NCBI GenBank assembly: GCA_038316995.1
Contig: JBBQAZ010000002.1
Coordinates: forward strand, 19 to 64,018
DNA from: Candidatus Saccharimonadales bacterium
GTDB lineage: Bacteria; Patescibacteriota; Saccharimonadia; Saccharimonadales; JAXHNE01
DNA: 64,000 nt
Direction: 5' to 3'
The notes under the pieces are model-generated. The model had not been told where the DNA came from, did not search any database, and saw only the letters and a program-made list of their open reading frames with translations. Shown here piece by piece: positions 27,491 through 37,049 of the stretch. A program made the translations under genes and the position numbers. Within the stretch, counting starts at the first letter, position 1, and each line of letters starts with the position of its first letter.

Positions 27491-28906
27491 CTATATACGC
27501 CTAAGTAGTTGCAAAAGCTTTCCCTTAAAGCCAGTCGTTGCCTCTTCGATCACAAAATCAGCCGCGAGTTGTTTGAGGGCTATACCAATGGTTGGATAAG
27601 TAAATATGGTCTTGCTAAGATCCTGAACTGTTGCGTGTTTTTTGACGAAAGAAAGCAAGTTGATAATTTCAGAAGCGTTTTCGCCAACAATTGTTGCACC
27701 AAGTAGGGTCCCTTTAGGTGTTACGAGCAGCTCTATGAATCCGTCTGCATTATCAGTTACTGGCTTATCTATATGATCGTAGTTTGTGCGCAGTTTTTTA
27801 AAGGCGATTTTGTCAGATTCAAGACTAGTTGTCGTGTGTCCAATGTGGGCAATTTCTGGGGTGGTGAATGTTGCCCATGGAATATCGTTCACCGCAGGGT
27901 TAGAGCTAGAAAAACCATAAAGTGCATGTTGGACTACTTTTGCAGCCTGCTCTCCGGCTGCATGGGTAAACTGAACGCCTCCATTACAGTCACCAACTGC
28001 GTAGATGTTTTTACTACTAGTCCTAAGTTTCTCATCAACCACAATCCCACGCTTATTAACGGATACCCCAGCTGCATCCAGTCCACTTGGTAAATTCGGC
28101 TGCCTACCAGTTGCAATCAAAAGATGTGATGATGAGATGGCTTTTTCTTCTTCGTTTTGTTTATAAAAAGTACTTATACTATCCGCTTGTTTTGTGATTT
28201 TTGACGCATTTGCATTTGTGATTACGGATACTCCCATGTCGAGCATGCTTTTTGTAAGTATTTCAGAAACGTATTGCTCTTCACGCGGGAGTAATCTGTC
28301 ACTACTTTGTAAAATCGTGACTTTCGACCCGAGCATGGCAAATGCTTGACCTAGCTCGCACCCTATTGGTCCACCACCAATTACCGTAAGTGACTGAGGT
28401 AATTCAGTAATATCAAATACAGTTTCATTTGTGAGATAGTTTATTGCTTCTATTCCATCTATTTTAGGAACAAATGCCGACGAACCAGTAGCGATAACTA
28501 TTTTCTTTGATTTAAGAGCTTGTTGATTTACGCTAACAGTTTCTTTATCCATTAATACTACTTCACCGTGAAAAACGTCTATTCCAAGTTGAGTAAAATA
28601 GTCGTCGTTGTCATGCGTACGTTCAATATGTTTTCTTGTTTGATTAATATGTTGTTTCACTTTTTTAAAATCACAGATTATGTCTGCACCAGTTGAGTAT
28701 TTGTTTTGTTTTGCACTCCAAATCGTTCTCGATGCGTGAATGAGTGATTTACTTGGAACGCACCCAGTATGCAGACATTCACCACCAAGTGAGTCAGATT
28801 TTTCTATTAATGCGACTGAGGCGCCAAGTTTAACAGCAGTTTCTGCAGCAACAAGTCCTCCTGAGCCAGCTCCTATAACAATAAGGTCATATATGGAAGT
28901 TTTCAT
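27491..28906 (-). CDS. class-I pyridine nucleotide-disulfide oxidoreductase, divergent C-terminus
   Basis: GAGSGGLVAA FAD fold and GGECLHTGCVPSK redox centre. The usual C-terminal H-x4-E position reads FTYPTIGIA. Confidence 0.75.
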   Translation of the reverse strand: MKTSIYDLIVIGAGSGGLVAAETAVKLGASVALIEKSDSLGGECLHTGCVPSKSLIHASRTIWSAKQNKYSTGADIICDFKKVKQHINQTRKHIERTHDNDDYFTQLGIDVFHGEVVLMDKETVSVNQQALKSKKIVIATGSSAFVPKIDGIEAINYLTNETVFDITELPQSLTVIGGGPIGCELGQAFAMLGSKVTILQSSDRLLPREEQYVSEILTKSMLDMGVSVITNANASKITKQADSISTFYKQNEEEKAISSSHLLIATGRQPNLPSGLDAAGVSVNKRGIVVDEKLRTSSKNIYAVGDCNGGVQFTHAAGEQAAKVVQHALYGFSSSNPAVNDIPWATFTTPEIAHIGHTTTSLESDKIAFKKLRTNYDHIDKPVTDNADGFIELLVTPKGTLLGATIVGENASEIINLLSFVKKHATVQDLSKTIFTYPTIGIALKQLAADFVIEEATTGFKGKLLQLLRRI

Positions 28907-28941
28907 ATTATCTACTATGGACTAATAACGCTACAAAGCCA

Positions 28942-29421
28942 CTATTTATCAAGGCTTGTGAGTATTTGAAGTGTTTTAATGTAGGCTTTTAGTTCCTCCC
29001 GGGTAAGTTCATTATAAATTGTTTTTCTAAGATGATCTCTAAGATCGCGTTCAATAACTCTGCAAGTTTTTTTATAGGATTCCTTAATCATGACAATTTT
29101 TGCCCTACTATCGACAGTACTGTCTGACCTTACGACAATTTTCTTAGACTCTAATAAATTCACAGAGTTCGTCATAAATCCAAGTGTTGTGCCTAGATGA
29201 TTACTGAGGTCGGTGATTCTCATACCTTTATTACCCGTATCATATATTGCGCCGATTATGTACCACTGCATAGCACTGAGCCCATATTTTTTTAGACATG
29301 AATCTTTATAGGCCCGAAGAGAACGGTGTGACGCTGACTCTAAACGGCCAACATGGTAAGTAGCTATGCCTTTAAGGTCTAGGTTTTCTACTGTTTGTAT
29401 ATTTTTTCTTGACTTAGTCAT
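28942..29421 (-). CDS. MarR-family transcriptional regulator
   Basis: LSAMQWYIIGAIYDTGNKGMRITDLSNHLGTTLGFMTNSVNLLESKKIVVRS winged-HTH pattern. Confidence 0.75.
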   Translation of the reverse strand: MTKSRKNIQTVENLDLKGIATYHVGRLESASHRSLRAYKDSCLKKYGLSAMQWYIIGAIYDTGNKGMRITDLSNHLGTTLGFMTNSVNLLESKKIVVRSDSTVDSRAKIVMIKESYKKTCRVIERDLRDHLRKTIYNELTREELKAYIKTLQILTSLDK

Positions 29422-29446
29422 TACACAAGTATACTATAGATTTACA

Positions 29447-29464
29447 TTTACTTTGTAAAGTAAA
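29447..29464. promoter_or_regulatory. inverted repeat TTTACTTT-gt-AAAGTAAA, candidate MarR operator
   Basis: Perfect 8-bp arms in the 73-bp divergent region between the MarR gene and the 29495 operon. Confidence 0.4.
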
Positions 29465-29494
29465 TAATAAGTATATTAATAAAGGAGTAAAGAA

Positions 29495-30184
29495 ATGAAG
29501 AATTCACAAGGAAATATCGCAATAGCGGTAGTAACCATGGTAGTTGGGCTTGCACTAGGTATTGGCATCGGTAATGTAATGAATAATGACAGCGGAGACG
29601 ATAAAGGCTCGCAAAGTTCATCATCAGCACCTAAGACCGACACAGGCGCAGCTGATCTACGTGCACTATTAAATAACCTAGAGTCAGAGCATGTTGACCT
29701 AGCAAGCGCGGCGACTCGTGCTGGATTTGATGGTGACCCAACATTTGCAGCAGCGGCAGCAGCACTTGACGAAAACTCAAATGAGCTTGCAGACGCAGTA
29801 GGAAGTGTTTACGGCGACGAAGCTAGAGAACGATTCTACGAAATTTGGGCAAGTCACATTGGATTTTTTGTTGACTACACCGTAGCAGCAAAGGGCGGTG
29901 ATCAAGCTGGAATGGACAAAGCCGTACAAAACCTTAATGGTTATGTAGAAGCAATATCAACATTCTTAAGCAGTGCAAACCCGAATCTTCCAAAAGATGC
30001 AGTAGCTCAACTTGTTACTGAACACGTTGGTCTATTAAAGGATGCAGTTGATCAGCATGGTGCTGGTAACTACGAAGCTTCATATGAAGCACAAGATAAG
30101 GCTCGTGTACAAATCACGACTAAGATTGCAGACACACTAGCTGGAGCTATTGTGACTCAAAAGCCTGAAGCATTTCCTAACTAG
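29495..30184 (+). CDS. membrane-anchored helical hypothetical protein
   Basis: N-terminal TM (IAIAVVTMVVGLALGIGIG), then an Ala-rich helical domain. First gene of a + strand operon. Confidence 0.55.
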   Translation: MKNSQGNIAIAVVTMVVGLALGIGIGNVMNNDSGDDKGSQSSSSAPKTDTGAADLRALLNNLESEHVDLASAATRAGFDGDPTFAAAAAALDENSNELADAVGSVYGDEARERFYEIWASHIGFFVDYTVAAKGGDQAGMDKAVQNLNGYVEAISTFLSSANPNLPKDAVAQLVTEHVGLLKDAVDQHGAGNYEASYEAQDKARVQITTKIADTLAGAIVTQKPEAFPN

Positions 30185-30275
30185 TCTATAATTGACTACG
30201 GAGTGTTAACAACAATTGCGGGATACAGGGGCAATACAGCTCTCGTATCCCGTATTTATTAAAAGGAGGAATACA

Positions 30276-30719
30276 ATGAGTAAAAGTACAATTACAACCA
30301 TAATAGTTGCAGCAGTAGTGCTGCTTGGTGGAATTACGATCTTCGCGCTTTCGGGTTCTAGTGACGATAAAAATTCAAAGGATGACCACTCATCATCTAT
30401 GGGTGCTGATACCGAATCAATCATAACTACTAAATCAGATGAAAATGCAGAAGCACAACAGACGAATACAGTGGCAATTGAAGATTTTAGTTACCAGCCA
30501 CAAAAAATTCAAATTAAAAAAGGTACTACTGTAACCTGGACAAATAAAGACGAAGCCCGTCATGATATAACGCCCGACAGTCCAAGTGATGACTTTAAAG
30601 CAAGTGAACTGTTAAAGCAGGGCGAAAGTTATAGCTTTACCTTTGATAAGGTTGGGACATATACATATTTCTGCTCACCACATCCATATATGAAGGGTAC
30701 TGTTGAGGTTATAGAGTAA
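30276..30719 (+). CDS. type-1 (blue) copper cupredoxin, membrane-anchored
   Basis: AGGAGG SD precedes the ATG at 30276. Cu ligand pattern H(ARHD)...YFCSPHPYMKG (Cys-His-Met). Confidence 0.75.
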   Translation: MSKSTITTIIVAAVVLLGGITIFALSGSSDDKNSKDDHSSSMGADTESIITTKSDENAEAQQTNTVAIEDFSYQPQKIQIKKGTTVTWTNKDEARHDITPDSPSDDFKASELLKQGESYSFTFDKVGTYTYFCSPHPYMKGTVEVIE

Positions 30720-31162
30720 TGAATAAAAAGAGAATATTAGCGGTAGCAGTTATTTTACTGGTTACCGTTTCGATAGGATTATTCGCATCTTCCAAGCTCA
30801 ACAATAAGTCATCTAATTCTGCCGCAAATACAGTTTGTGACCTTGGAGTAACATGCGTTGACTTATACGATAATGGAGCTAGTCTTGATGAAGTTTCCGT
30901 AAAGGTAGGGGAATCTATTCAATTCAATGCTAAAGGTAGCTCAGTGTACCATCTTGCCAATAATTCAGACCAAGGCAGTCTTAGTCATGATCATGGCTCA
31001 GCCGAAAAAGAGCATATTTCATCAGGGGATTTCTCGGGAGACGAGGCTTGGCTTGTAAAGTTTAGCGAACCAGGGACATTTAACTTTTCTGACGAAAACA
31101 ATCCTGAAATTAAGATTCTTGTCGTGGTGTACAATCCAGAAGGTGGAGCAAAGCTGGAGTAG
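30719..31162 (+). CDS. cupredoxin-like secreted protein lacking the Cys ligand, His-rich loop
   Basis: Signal anchor, then beta-rich VKVGESIQFN...PGTFNFSDE. HDHGSAEKEH stretch. Start overlaps the upstream stop. Confidence 0.45.
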   Translation: MNKKRILAVAVILLVTVSIGLFASSKLNNKSSNSAANTVCDLGVTCVDLYDNGASLDEVSVKVGESIQFNAKGSSVYHLANNSDQGSLSHDHGSAEKEHISSGDFSGDEAWLVKFSEPGTFNFSDENNPEIKILVVVYNPEGGAKLE

Positions 31163-31281
31163 ATTTGATCATCTAAACTTCTGTAGCTAGTCTCTTTATT
31201 CCACAGTTTTCTAAAATATCTAAGAAGGACAAATAAGGGAATTATGAATACAATACGGTCGACTATGGTTAAATATACAAA

Positions 31282-31593
31282 ATGATAAATTTACTTTTAA
31301 AACTCCATATAGTTTCGGCGATTATCGTCTGGTCCATCTCCGTTTATTCATTCTATGCTTATTCTTCAATTAGTAATCGTAATCTATTGATTACTTTGCG
31401 TAGGTTACTAATTACGGGCCTGGCATCTAGTAGCTTACTCGGCTTTGCTTTTGCACTGTCTAAAGGTAATTTAAGTCTAGGGGTATGTGCCAAAATTGGG
31501 CTATATATGGCTCCTGTTTTGCTAGCTACGTATCTCATGCAGGCAAAAATTAATGCCATGAATCGGCTGATCGTAGAAGAACATGAATCTTGA
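31282..31593 (+). CDS. small membrane protein (3 TM), hypothetical
   Basis: 103-aa hydrophobic ORF overlapping the next gene by 11 nt. Confidence 0.45.
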   Translation: MINLLLKLHIVSAIIVWSISVYSFYAYSSISNRNLLITLRRLLITGLASSSLLGFAFALSKGNLSLGVCAKIGLYMAPVLLATYLMQAKINAMNRLIVEEHES

Positions 31594-32905
31594 TATACGT
31601 AGAAAGTTATTCTACGTACTTTACTTTTTGCAAATATTTTTTCTTATCTTTGTTTGGTGGCAAAATAGCGGTCCGCGTGTAAAAATTGGTGGAGGTCAGG
31701 CCCTTATTTCACTTGGTGGATTATTTGGTTTAATGGCTGGATTCTTTTTTCTTTATCAAATGATACTTATTAGCGGGACTAAGTTTTTTGAAAGATCGTT
31801 TGGACTTGATAGACTGGCAAGAATTCACCATACAACTGGATTAGTTGGTTATGGATTTTTGATAGCACACGTACTGTTTATTATTACTGGATATATGGCA
31901 TTGACTGGAAATAACTTTATTGCACAGTATTTTGAACTAAAGAACTCTCTCCCATATATTCTACTCGCGACTATATCTTTGATTCTTCTTGATTTGGTTA
32001 TTGTCACCTCAATTGTAATAGTCCGAAAACGTCTTAAATATGAGTTCTGGTATTTCGTACATTTATTAGTTTATTTTGCAGTACTTTTAGCTTTTTTCCA
32101 TCAGGTCGCAAACGGGCAAAACTTATTGTCTAGTAAAGAGTTGCGCACGTACTGGTATGGTCTTTATTTCGCAGCATTTGGCTTAGTTTTGTGGCGCAGA
32201 TGGTTTTTGCCGATTTATTTAGAGTTTAAGTTTAAATTCCGAGTGAAAAAAGTTGTCAGAGAAAATAATTCAGTTGTGTCTATATACGTTGAGGGAAAAG
32301 ATATCTCACGTTTTAAATATGATGCCGGACAGTTCAATCTATGGCAGTTTTGGCAAAAAGGTTTACGAACCATGCATCATCCGTTCACTATTTCATCTAG
32401 TCCAGGTGATTCGTATCTTAGATTGTCGGCTAAAGCAATCGGTGACTTCACCAAGAAACTTGATAAGCTAGAAAAAGGAACCCCAGTACTGATAAGTGGG
32501 CCTTACGGATTATTTTCTAACCGGGTAAGCACAAGAAAAAACCGGCTTTTTATTGCTGGCGGTATTGGCATTACTCCAATTCTATCAATCTTACGTTCTG
32601 GTGTTCAGCCAAATGATGTATTGATTTATGCCGCCCAAACTATAGATGATGCGGTGTTTTCAGACGTGTTTTTAAAGCTCAAGGAGAAGGGTTTAAAAAC
32701 TATATTTGTACTTAGTCAGGAAAAAGTTAAAGGTACGTACGAAGGTTATTTGAGTGGAGAAATTCTAGACAAAGAGATCAATGGACTAAAAGACCGAGAT
32801 ATTTGGCTGTGTGGTCCTCCGCCGATGATGAAAGCTGTAGAAAAATTATTAGACGAAAGAAAGATGCCAAAGTCACAAATTCATACTGAGAAATTCCGCC
32901 TTTAA
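31583..32905 (+). CDS. ferric-reductase/NADPH-oxidase-like flavocytochrome (FRD TM domain + FAD + NAD(P)H domains)
   Basis: 6-TM N-domain with paired His (HHTTGL..FLIAH; FWYFVHLLVY..FFH), FAD motif HHPFTISS, NAD motif IAGGIGITP, C-terminal CGPPPM. Confidence 0.75.
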   Translation: MNLDIRRKLFYVLYFLQIFFLIFVWWQNSGPRVKIGGGQALISLGGLFGLMAGFFFLYQMILISGTKFFERSFGLDRLARIHHTTGLVGYGFLIAHVLFIITGYMALTGNNFIAQYFELKNSLPYILLATISLILLDLVIVTSIVIVRKRLKYEFWYFVHLLVYFAVLLAFFHQVANGQNLLSSKELRTYWYGLYFAAFGLVLWRRWFLPIYLEFKFKFRVKKVVRENNSVVSIYVEGKDISRFKYDAGQFNLWQFWQKGLRTMHHPFTISSSPGDSYLRLSAKAIGDFTKKLDKLEKGTPVLISGPYGLFSNRVSTRKNRLFIAGGIGITPILSILRSGVQPNDVLIYAAQTIDDAVFSDVFLKLKEKGLKTIFVLSQEKVKGTYEGYLSGEILDKEINGLKDRDIWLCGPPPMMKAVEKLLDERKMPKSQIHTEKFRL

Positions 32906-33154
32906 CTATCGGCTGCGAGTGCGCAGGCGCAAATTTGCAAGGTAATGTTCTATGCTAATTTGGGGGTGCGTACGCAGGTACTCCATGTGCTGATCAACAA
33001 AGGGAATGACACCGTCTGGGTATTGATCGGCATCTGCACTAAAGCTATCACTGGTATTATAGTCAATACTTGTTACAAGTGATTCTAGTTTTTGTTTTGC
33101 TTTTAATCCTTCTTCGGAATCAAAAAAATTAGTTCTTTTTTTCGTACTTGGCAC
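32906..33154 (-). CDS. hypothetical protein (82 aa)
   Basis: ORF only; no motif recognised. Confidence 0.4.
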   Translation of the reverse strand: MPSTKKRTNFFDSEEGLKAKQKLESLVTSIDYNTSDSFSADADQYPDGVIPFVDQHMEYLRTHPQISIEHYLANLRLRTRSR

Positions 33155-33234
33155 TATGAAACCTCGTTACTACTTAGTTGAGAAAAGTGCATTTATTAAT
33201 GCAACCTACCCCTTTATTATATCACACAGTCTAA

Positions 33235-34458
33235 CTACGCTACGCGGGCATGACTGGCTGGTACAAACGTCAAAGCGTATCCAATTTGTCCAGCACGTCC
33301 TGTTCGTCCAATACGGTGAATGTAGTCATCGTATTGCCGAGGTATAGAAAAGTTTATTACATGCGATACGTCTGCAACGTCAATACCTCGAGCTGCAACG
33401 TCTGTTGCAACAAGTACTTTAACTTTGTTGCTTTTGAACTTATCAAGAGCACGTTGTCGTTGGCCTTGAGATTTTCCACCGTGAAGTGCATCTGCTTCAA
33501 AGCCTCGGCTTACAAGTTCTTTGCTGAGTCGCTCAACACTACGCTTCGTTTCATCGAATACGATTACTTTAGAAACTTCTTGCTTGATAAGTAGATCATG
33601 TAATTTTTGCATTTTTTCAGATGTTCCACCAAACGTGACAACGTCCTGGTGGATATTATCGTTACTTGCGCTTGGCTTTAGCATAATTGTTATTGGGTCA
33701 TTGACAAAAGTATCAATAAGCTTTCGAACCCGCGGGTCCATTGTTGCAGAGAAAAAGAATGATTGTCTTTGCGGTGAAAGTTGACTCAAAATTTCTGTAA
33801 CATCGTTGACAAAACCCATGTCTAACATTCGGTCAACTTCATCGAGTACTATAAGATTAAAGTTCTTTAATTTTAGGGTACCTCGACCTAAGTGGTCTTT
33901 AATTCTGCCTGGAGTTCCGATAACTACATCTGGATTATGACGTAGATCTCTTAGCTGCTGACCCATGCCAGTTCCGCCGATAAGAAGAGTTCCAAATAGA
34001 CCGGTGTCTTTTGCAAGTTTTCTGCACTCAACTTCAATTTGTTGAGCTAATTCACGAGTTGGGGCAACAATAAGCGCACCCTTTGCATCACCGTATACCA
34101 ATTTTTGAATGACAGGCAGCATGAAAGCAGCAGTTTTGCCAGTTCCAGTGCTTGCAACACCAATGATGTCTCTTCCTTCAAGAGCGACGGGAATCGCCTG
34201 ATCTTGAATAGGAGAAGGAGACGTATATCCTTGTGTAGCTAGGTTTTTCTGTAGTAATTCGTCTAGATTGAAATCACTAAACATATTTTGCGGTGTAAAT
34301 GCTGCATCTTCTTTTGGTTGGGCAGCTTTTACAAAACGAATAGGGTCGATGTATTGACCGCCGCCCGCGCGCTTACGATTATTAGATGAATGATTTGAAC
34401 GCCCATTTCGGCGCCCATTCGAACTAGAGTTCCGCTGTGAGCGGTATGCATATGACAT
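33235..34458 (-). CDS. DEAD-box ATP-dependent RNA helicase
   Basis: Q-motif region, ASTGTGKTAAF, PTRELA, DEVD, SAT and HRIGRTGRAG motifs. Arg/Ser/Asn-rich N-terminus. Confidence 0.85.
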   Translation of the reverse strand: MSYAYRSQRNSSSNGRRNGRSNHSSNNRKRAGGGQYIDPIRFVKAAQPKEDAAFTPQNMFSDFNLDELLQKNLATQGYTSPSPIQDQAIPVALEGRDIIGVASTGTGKTAAFMLPVIQKLVYGDAKGALIVAPTRELAQQIEVECRKLAKDTGLFGTLLIGGTGMGQQLRDLRHNPDVVIGTPGRIKDHLGRGTLKLKNFNLIVLDEVDRMLDMGFVNDVTEILSQLSPQRQSFFFSATMDPRVRKLIDTFVNDPITIMLKPSASNDNIHQDVVTFGGTSEKMQKLHDLLIKQEVSKVIVFDETKRSVERLSKELVSRGFEADALHGGKSQGQRQRALDKFKSNKVKVLVATDVAARGIDVADVSHVINFSIPRQYDDYIHRIGRTGRAGQIGYALTFVPASHARVA

Positions 34459-34617
34459 AGAGAATAATATCCTTGTTTTGATTTAGTTAGTTTTACTCGT
34501 TATTGCTAAGAACAATGCGAGTAAAAAAATGTTCACAAACTCGGATTATTAAAACAATTCCATATATTGTATAACAGAAATTATTAAATTGCAACCATTA
34601 AACACCCCTGCTTCACC

Positions 34618-35226
34618 CTAAGAAGGGGTGTTGTCAAGAGAATGCCAGAGGTGCATACAAGCAATAGTCCTATATGGTTTCCAGATGGCCGCCTTAATTT
34701 CAAGATCTTTTTTGGCTGGGAGCTTTTCCCAATTATACAGCTGAATCATTGCACGCTGTAAGCCTGCGTCGTCAGGCGCAAACACATCAGGTCTCCCCAG
34801 GGTAAACATCAGAAACATTTGTGCAGTCCAAACACCAATACCTTTTACATTCGTCAGTTCTGTAATTGCATCTTCATAGCTAACTTTGCCCAGGTGCTTA
34901 TAAACATTGGGATTTTTATGAAAATGAAGTGCCAAATCTTTTAAGTATGCAGTTTTTTGTCGGGATAATCCGATTAACTTCTTTTCTTCATCACTGATAT
35001 TTAGGACTTTTATAGGGTTAAGTTTAGTTACGCTCTCGAATCGTTTAAAAATTGTATGAGCAGCTGCAACAGAAACTTGTTGTCCAATTATTGAACGACA
35101 AAGCGAAGTAAAGTAGTCGGTTGGATTAGTTCTAGAAATTAAGTTTTGCCCTATTATGAGTCTGCCAAGTATTGGATCTTGTATTTTCAGATGTTTCTCA
35201 GCCATGGCAATAAATTTGTCAGTCAT
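34618..35226 (-). CDS. HhH-GPD DNA glycosylase (DNA-3-methyladenine glycosylase II-like)
   Basis: LTNVKGIGVWTAQMFLMF helix-hairpin-helix followed by PDVFAPDDAGLQ with catalytic Asp. Confidence 0.75.
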   Translation of the reverse strand: MTDKFIAMAEKHLKIQDPILGRLIIGQNLISRTNPTDYFTSLCRSIIGQQVSVAAAHTIFKRFESVTKLNPIKVLNISDEEKKLIGLSRQKTAYLKDLALHFHKNPNVYKHLGKVSYEDAITELTNVKGIGVWTAQMFLMFTLGRPDVFAPDDAGLQRAMIQLYNWEKLPAKKDLEIKAAIWKPYRTIACMHLWHSLDNTPS

Positions 35227-35262
35227 TACATGATAATAACTTACATAAAGTAAGATAGTGTA

Positions 35263-35826
35263 ATGACGCGTAGTTTATTTTTAACCATTGCAAGCCAAGC
35301 TTCATTGGCCATTACACTTTGTATATGCGTGCTTATTCGGCCTAGTGTTTTAATTTCACTGCCACAAGGAGGGCTGAGCAATTACGGTACAGAAAGTCAG
35401 ACAATTGTTGTGTTTAGTGTTGGGTTTTGGGTTGCTACAGTCTTTTTATTAATTGCTGCAAAAAAGTCCCAAGATATAAGACTCAAAAAAACTATGTCTT
35501 TCTTTGCCGTGCTTTTAGCGCTACTTATTATCAGTACCTACCCGTACAGAATAAATACTTTCTTTGAGAATATTCATATATTAATTGGATTTACGGTCGG
35601 CACGTTTCAATTAATCAGTGCATATTTATTGGCTCGTTGGGTTCATTTTGACAATGTGAGCAGAATTGCTGGACTGTTCTTGCTGGGCAGTATCATAACC
35701 GGTATTAGTACTATTTTTTCAACAGGACTGCTATTTACATCCCAACTGCTCGGTGGACTAGGATATGGAACTTTACTGGTACATTACGCAAATTTTAAGG
35801 AAACAAAAGGGGAATCCAATGTGTAG
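35263..35826 (+). CDS. polytopic membrane protein, hypothetical
   Basis: 187-aa ORF with about 6 hydrophobic helices. Confidence 0.5.
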   Translation: MTRSLFLTIASQASLAITLCICVLIRPSVLISLPQGGLSNYGTESQTIVVFSVGFWVATVFLLIAAKKSQDIRLKKTMSFFAVLLALLIISTYPYRINTFFENIHILIGFTVGTFQLISAYLLARWVHFDNVSRIAGLFLLGSIITGISTIFSTGLLFTSQLLGGLGYGTLLVHYANFKETKGESNV

Positions 35827-36079
35827 AAGTATAAAAACACTTTATAATTATGATCCGCCTGCAACTAAAGATGAGATCGAAGCAGCAGCATTACAGTTTG
35901 TGCGCAAATTGTCGGGGTTTCAAAAACCTTCAACAGTGAACGAGATTGCGTTTAATAAAGCAGTCAAACAGGTAGCCATTATTTCAAGTGAGCTACTAAG
36001 TAAACTAACAACATCTGCAAAACAAAAAAATAGAGAAGAGCAGGCTGATAAAGCTCGAATTCGCTACGCTTCTAGATAG
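35819..36079 (+). CDS. DUF2277 family protein
   Basis: MCRSIKTLYNYDPPATKDEIEAAALQFVRKLSG is the conserved DUF2277 N-terminus. ATG at 35819 overlaps the upstream stop. Confidence 0.6.
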   Translation: MCRSIKTLYNYDPPATKDEIEAAALQFVRKLSGFQKPSTVNEIAFNKAVKQVAIISSELLSKLTTSAKQKNREEQADKARIRYASR

Positions 36080-36190
36080 CTTTGGGTTTTTTTGGTTTCT
36101 TGACTTCTTTGCGACCGCGATCTTTTGACATAGTTTTCCTTCAAGTTACGTGTATTTATCATACGCCTGATATTACTATTGCCAAAACGC

Positions 36191-36685
36191 TTATTTTTGT
36201 TCGACTCTTGATTCTACGCCAATCAAACCCACGATGCTTAGTATGGCTAGAACAAAAAAACCTTTCTGAGCAGTAATCAGTCCAATTCCTAAAAACCATA
36301 CTGTGTAGCTAACATAGATTGGTTCGGGTATGTAGTTGTAAACCCCTTTGAGTTTTCTGGTAGGACTGCCAAAAAAGTTTCCGTTACCAAGTGCCTGAAA
36401 GCCAATTTGTTTTATGGCGGCAATAAAAATAACTAAAGCCAAAGACATTACAAGGGCACCAACGACGGCATAGGACTCCGCGATTCTCCACGAAGAATTT
36501 GATATCAAGAACTCAGAAATAATGAATAATCCCCAAAAGATGGATATGATTATTCCGTGAACACGACCAGCGTTTTTGCCAAAACGATCATACAAGCCAC
36601 GCGTTTTTTGCAAATAAATAGTAATTGTATTTACGCCAATTGCAAGAATAAGTGCACCTGCAGACAAAAAGTCATAAAACGTCAT
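36191..36685 (-). CDS. membrane protein, weakly ICMT/PEMT methyltransferase-like
   Basis: Five TM helices. The GVYNYIPEPIYVSY region is only loosely like the ICMT signature. Confidence 0.35.
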   Translation of the reverse strand: MTFYDFLSAGALILAIGVNTITIYLQKTRGLYDRFGKNAGRVHGIIISIFWGLFIISEFLISNSSWRIAESYAVVGALVMSLALVIFIAAIKQIGFQALGNGNFFGSPTRKLKGVYNYIPEPIYVSYTVWFLGIGLITAQKGFFVLAILSIVGLIGVESRVEQK

Positions 36686-36714
36686 TAAATAAGTATAGCC
36701 TCAAAAAGCGAGAT

Positions 36715-36966
36715 TTAGCTGTTTTCTAGTAAATCTAAGTCGACCTCAAGGTCGGCAATGCGTTCCTGAAGCTTCTTCTTCGAGTCCTTCACACCTTTGT
36801 TGTAAAGATCTGGACCGATATGCTGTGCGATAATATCGAGCACCTCCTCGGCCGCAATAATGCCAATTTCTTGATCAAAAGTTTCGCGGTAGTGACCAAT
36901 AATTGCTTCTATGCAAGTTTTTTTGACTTCATTAGAACTTACATCCCATTTTCGTTTAATCTTCAT
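36715..36966 (-). CDS. DUF2164 family protein
   Basis: IEAIIGHYRETFDQEIGIIAAEEVLDIIAQHIGPDLYNKGVKD resembles DUF2164. ATG at 36966 preferred over TTG at 36981. Confidence 0.55.
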   Translation of the reverse strand: MKIKRKWDVSSNEVKKTCIEAIIGHYRETFDQEIGIIAAEEVLDIIAQHIGPDLYNKGVKDSKKKLQERIADLEVDLDLLENS

Positions 36967-37049
36967 ATGGATAGTATACAAACAAATTAGGAATCGACAT
37001 TATCGTCGTACAAAAGTGAAATTTAATTTAAATTAAATTTAGATGTGCG

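Noticed and set aside
34488-34530. 8-bp-stem hairpin TTTACTCG...CGAGTAAA between the AlkA-like and DEAD-box genes, considered as a terminator.
   Set aside because: The T-run is on the wrong side for the minus-strand genes. It is more likely part of the helicase 5' UTR. Not enough evidence to call it a feature.
36072-36131. 19-aa Lys-rich minus-strand ORF (MSKDRGRKEVKKPKKPKAI) with a GAAGGAAA box upstream.
   Set aside because: It is too short to support from sequence alone. It overlaps the stop of the DUF2277 gene and sits in a poly-A/T-rich terminator-like stretch. Worth a look only if ribosome profiling exists.
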